Below are positions 59,770 through 64,000 of a stretch of 64,000 bases of DNA, piece after piece. The DNA is taken from NCBI GenBank assembly GCA_030390025.1, contig CM059431.1, positions 96,598,001 through 96,662,000 of the forward strand. Direction: 5' to 3'. This DNA comes from Squalus acanthias. Taxonomy: Eukaryota. How positions within the stretch are numbered: position 1 is the stretch's first letter; each line of letters starts with the position of its first letter. The notes beneath the pieces are model-generated. The model made no database searches, was not told where the DNA came from, and saw nothing but the letters and a program-made list of their open reading frames with translations. Position numbers and translations under genes: made by a program.

Positions 59770-60420
59770 GACTAATCTCAGTTTCCTGTTTGACCCTGAC
59801 CTGAGCTTCAAATCCCATATCCAATCAATCACCATGATTGTCTATTTCCACCTGTGTAACACTGCCCAACTCCAGCTTTAGCTCATGCCCACCATCATTG
59901 AAACCCTCCCCATTCCCTTCTATCTCCAGTCTCAATATCATCCACACTCCCCTTACCAGTCTCCCATGCTTCACCCTACATAAACACCAACTTGTTCAAA
60001 GTTTCCACCCAAACCATGCCAATCCTCTCCATCCTTCACTGGTTCTCTGTCCCCAAACACATTGAATTAAATATCTTTGCCCTCATTTGCAAAGCCCTCC
60101 AGGGCCTTGCCCCACCCTACCTTTGTAACCTCCTCCAGGCTCCGTATCAATGTGCCCCAACTCTTCTGACTCTGGCTCCTGTGCATTGCCCCTCCCTCAG
60201 TTCCACCATCAGTGGCAGAGCCTTCAGCCATCAGGGTCCACCCTCGAACTCTCACCCCAAACCCCTCTGGTTCACAACTTCTGTCCCTACATTCAAGAGC
60301 TGGATTGTGAGGAAGTATCTGGCAGTGTCTCTCTGACTGCTGCTCAATGTCCATTTCTGCTCTGTGAGGGACTTGGAGGGTTTACTAATTAAAGCTGTTG
60401 TATAGATGTACGGTGTTGTT
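59770..60420 (+). mobile_element. Old degenerate L2-type LINE 3' portion
   Basis: LHWFSVPKHI..KALQGLAPPYLCNLL..GRAFS. Confidence 0.7.
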
Positions 60421-60469
60421 ATTACCTGATGCTAATTATAACGCCCTTTAAAAACTTCAATGAAGTTAT

Positions 60470-62636
60470 TGTAAAAGTTCTCAATTGGGGAAAGGCCAAT
60501 TTTACTGAGCTGAGATGTGATTTAGCAAAAGTGGACTGGAGACAGCTACTTGAAAGTAAATCAGTGTCAGAGCAGTGGGAGGTGTTCAAGGAGGAGATAG
60601 TGAGGGTTCAGATCAAATATGTTCCCACAAAGAAAAAGGGTGGGACTCCCAAATCTAGAGCCCCCAGGATGTCAAGGAGCATACAGGGTAGGATAAGGAA
60701 AAAAGGGAAGCTCAATACTACAGAAAGCCTAGAGGAGTATAGAAAGTGCAGGGGTGAAATTAAAAAGGATATTAGGAAAGCAAACAGAAAGCACGAAAAA
60801 ATATTGGCAAGGAAAATCAAGGAAAACCCAAAGACGTTTTATAAATACATAAAGAACAAGAGGATAACTAAGGAAAGAGAAGGGCCTATTAGAGACCAAA
60901 AAAGGTAACCTGTGGAGGCGGAAGACGTGGGTATGATTCTCAATGAATACTTTGCGTCTTTCTTCACAAAAGGGAGAGGCGATGCAGACATTGTAATTAA
61001 GGAGGAAGAGTGTGAAATATTAAGTGAGATAAACATAGTGAGAGAGGAAATATTAAGGGGTTTAGCATCTTAGAAAGTAGATAAATCACCAGGCCCGGAT
61101 GAAATGTATCCCAGGCTGTTAAGAGAAGCAAGGGAGGCAATAGTGGAGGCTCTGACCATCATGTTCCAATCCTCTCTGGCTATAGGTATGGTGCTGGAGG
61201 ACAGGAGGACTTCTAATGTTGTACCGTTGTTTAAAAAGGAGAAAGGGATAGATGGAGTAATTACAGGCCAGTCAGCCTAACCTCGCTGATGGGCAAATTA
61301 GCAAAACTTCTGAGGGACAGTATTAATCGTCATTTAGAAAGGCACGGATGAATGAAGGACAGTCAGCACGTATTTGTTAAGGGAAGGTCATATCTGACTA
61401 ACTTAATTGAATTTTTTGAGGAGGTAACAAGGAGGGTCGATGAGGATAGTACATTTGATGTAGTCTACATGGATTTTAGCAAGACCTTTGACAAGGTCCC
61501 ACATGGCAGACTGGTCAGAAGTGTAAAAGCCCATGGGATCCAAGGGAAAGTGGCAAGTTGGATTCAAAATTGGCTCAGTAGCAGGAAGCAAAGGATAATG
61601 GTCGACTGTGTTTTTGTGACTGGAAGACTGTTTCCAGTGGGGTTCCACAGGGCTCAGTACTAGATCCCTTGCTTTTTGGGGTATATATCAATGATTTAGA
61701 TTTCAATGTAGGGGGCATGATTAAGAAGTTTGCAGATGATACAAAAATTGGCCGTGTAGTTGATAGTGAGGAAGAAAGCTGTAGACTGCAGAAAGATATC
61801 AATGGACTGGTCAGGTGGGCAGAAAAGTGGCAAATGGAATTCAATCCAGTGAAGTGTGAGGTAATGCATTTAGGGAGGGCTAACTAGGCAAGGGAATACA
61901 CAATAAATGATAGGATACTGAGAACTGTAGAGGAATAGAGGGACCTTGTAGTACATGTCCACAGGTCCCTCAAGGTAGCAGGACAGATAGATGAGGTTGT
62001 CAAGAAGGCATACGGAATACTTGCCTTTATTAGCCGAGGCATAGAATATAAGAGCAGGAAGGTTATATAAAACAGTGGTTAGGCCACAGCTAGAATACTA
62101 TGTGCTGCTCTGGTCACCACATTACAGGAAAGATATGATTGCCCGAGAGAGGGTACAGAGGAGATTTATGAGGATGTTGCCAGGACTGAAGAATTTTAGT
62201 TATGAGGAAAGATTGGATAGGCTGGGGTTGTTTTATTTGGAACTGAGGAGACTGAGGGGAGATTTAATTGATGTGTATAAAATTATGAAGGGCCTAGATC
62301 GAGTGGATAGGAAAGACCTATCTCCCTTAGCAGAGGGGTCGATAACCAGGGGGCATAGATTTAAAGTAATTGGTAGAAGGATTAGAGGGGAGTTGAAGAG
62401 AACCTTTTTCACCCAGAGGGTGGTGGGGGTCTGGAATTTACTGCCTGAAAGGGTGGTAGAGGCAGAAACCTCGTTGCATTTAAAAAGTATTTGGATATGC
62501 ACTTGAAGTGCTGTAACCTACAGGGCTACGGACCAAGAGCTGGAAAGTGGGATTAGGCTGGATAGCTCTTTTTCGACCGGCACAGACACGATGGGCCGAA
62601 TGGCCTCCTTCTGTGCCATAAATTTCTATGATTCTA
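60470..62636 (+). mobile_element. 5'-truncated CR1 (subfamily of 57026-59129)
   Basis: Fragmented RT ORFs and TTCTATGATTCTA tail. Confidence 0.92.
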
Positions 62637-62709
62637 CTCTTCTCATTCGATCTTATATTATAAAGACCCCTAAGATAGGTTCAAAGTAAGTGACCTGTGC
62701 AAAAGGCAA

Positions 62710-62950
62710 GATGGAGAGAGAGGGAGAGAAAGAGAGTGAGACAAATCAAGTCACAGATAGAGAGACAGAAAGAGATAGAGAGACAGAAAGAGACACAGAC
62801 AGGCATGCAGATAGAGAGATAAAAAGAGACGGAGAGAGAGAGAGACAATTGGAAAGAAAGAGAGAGGCAGAAAGAGACAGAGTGAGAGAGACAGAGAGCA
62901 AAAGGGAGACAGATACAGAGAGAATTGCCCAGAGACAGATAGACAAAAGG
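62710..62950. repeat. Degenerate GA-rich microsatellite
   Basis: Direct inspection. Confidence 0.9.
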
Positions 62951-63019
62951 ACAATGAAAGTAAATTCACTAAGAGAAAGCCTCCTGCAGCTGGAGAACAA
63001 GCGATTAGGAAGCTGCTGC

Positions 63020-63620
63020 TTTCAGTTAACCTTCAGGTGACAGGAAATGTTACAATAACTTTGGAAAGGTTTAAACAGCGTTTTTAAAAATTGTTTGTGT
63101 CACTGCTAGGAGAGCAGAACAAGTTGAGGACATAACAACATATTCCTGTTAGGGCTCAATGCTCCAGGTGTTTATAAATGACCTACAAAAGGCATAAAAA
63201 TGTGAGAAACCATGACCCCAAGTCTGCAACTGAATTAAGAACTCACTGCAAGACGTGTGACTTTAGAGAATCAATAGACTCACTGATGAAAGACGGAATA
63301 ACCTGTCAACTGCCAGATAAATCTCTCAGCGATAGGTTGCTGTGTGAGCAAAATCTGACATTAAATACAGTAGCACAAATTTATACGTAGCTGAAACAAT
63401 GAAGGCACAAATCAAGGAGCTGAACTGTGTGGAAAATGGAACCAGTGAAGCATTTGCTAATAACAAAATCATATGAGAAACCTGAAAAGTCATCCATCAA
63501 AACGAAAAGATGAAATGGTGCAGATTGGCTCAGAAATTGCCCAGGTGATGCTGGCAAGGTCCTATGTATTGTCCATCCCTAATTTCAGGTGTAAAACGTG
63601 GGACTATGCAAGACTTTCCA
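63020..63620 (+). mobile_element. Decayed Ty3/Gypsy gag fragment
   Basis: LQVTGNV...ERFKQRF and ELRTHCKTCDF..DSLMKDGITC..D..LSDRLL.E..LTL resemble Gypsy gag motifs. Confidence 0.55.
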
Positions 63621-63694
63621 AATCACAGGACAGGAAGAATCAGGTACACAAGGTGTCTTATTCAAATAAGAGATTGATTTGTACCATTAATAAA

Positions 63695-64000
63695 TAGGGT
63701 CCGGGTAAAAAAAAATGGTAACAAGACAAATAGGGCCATAGTACAAAAAAATGTTAAGATGTCTAAAAATGTTAAAAACACAAATCTAAAGGCACTGTAT
63801 CTGAATGCATGAAGCATTCGTAATACGGTAGATAAATTAACAGCACAAATAGATATAAACGGATACGATATAATTGCGATTACAGAGACATGGCTGCAGG
63901 GTGACCAAGGCTGGGAGCTGAATATCCAAGGATATTCGATATTTAGGAAGGACAGGCGAAAAGGAAAAGGAGGTGGGGTGGCCTTGTTAGTAAAGGATGA
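63695..64000 (+). mobile_element. CR1 ORF2 start (endonuclease), continues off the right edge
   Basis: LKALYLNA*SIRN..DIIAITETWL..GYSIFRKDR..GGGVALLVK. Confidence 0.9.

Noticed and set aside
62690..63040. 116-aa Glu/Arg-rich ORF
   Set aside because: Translation of a GA microsatellite
55849..64000. Upstream ATP11A exon encoding the N-terminal ...DNRIVSSK segment
   Set aside because: Not found by inspection; probably lies beyond the window

Overview
Eukaryotic genomic DNA. The repeat inventory (CR1 and L2 LINEs, a Deu-domain SINE, Penelope-like elements) suggests a cartilaginous fish; this is inference. The whole window lies inside one minus-strand gene, the P4-ATPase phospholipid flippase ATP11A. 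I mapped 17 consecutive coding exons between 55848 and 1952. All are GT-AG and phase-consistent, totalling 2081 nt with no stop, and they carry the DGES, PVSM, DKTGT and TGDKMETA motifs. The first exons and the 3' exons fall outside the window or were not found. The introns are packed with mostly antisense CR1 LINEs (one near full length), L2-type LINEs, SINEs, PIF/Harbinger-type and Tc1/mariner-type MITEs, a Gypsy gag relic and many minisatellites. The most notable signals are: (1) Penelope-like fold-back insertions of 223 bp and about 1.06 kb, each flanked by a target-site duplication (TSD) and carrying a minimal hammerhead-ribozyme motif on both strands; (2) a minisatellite that appears to be built from an ATP11A exon/intron donor junction; (3) a Harbinger MITE inserted exactly at a hammerhead cleavage triplet; (4) a Myb/SANT-bearing Harbinger relic inside a 2.7-kb satellite. 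None is proven novel; most belong to known element classes.
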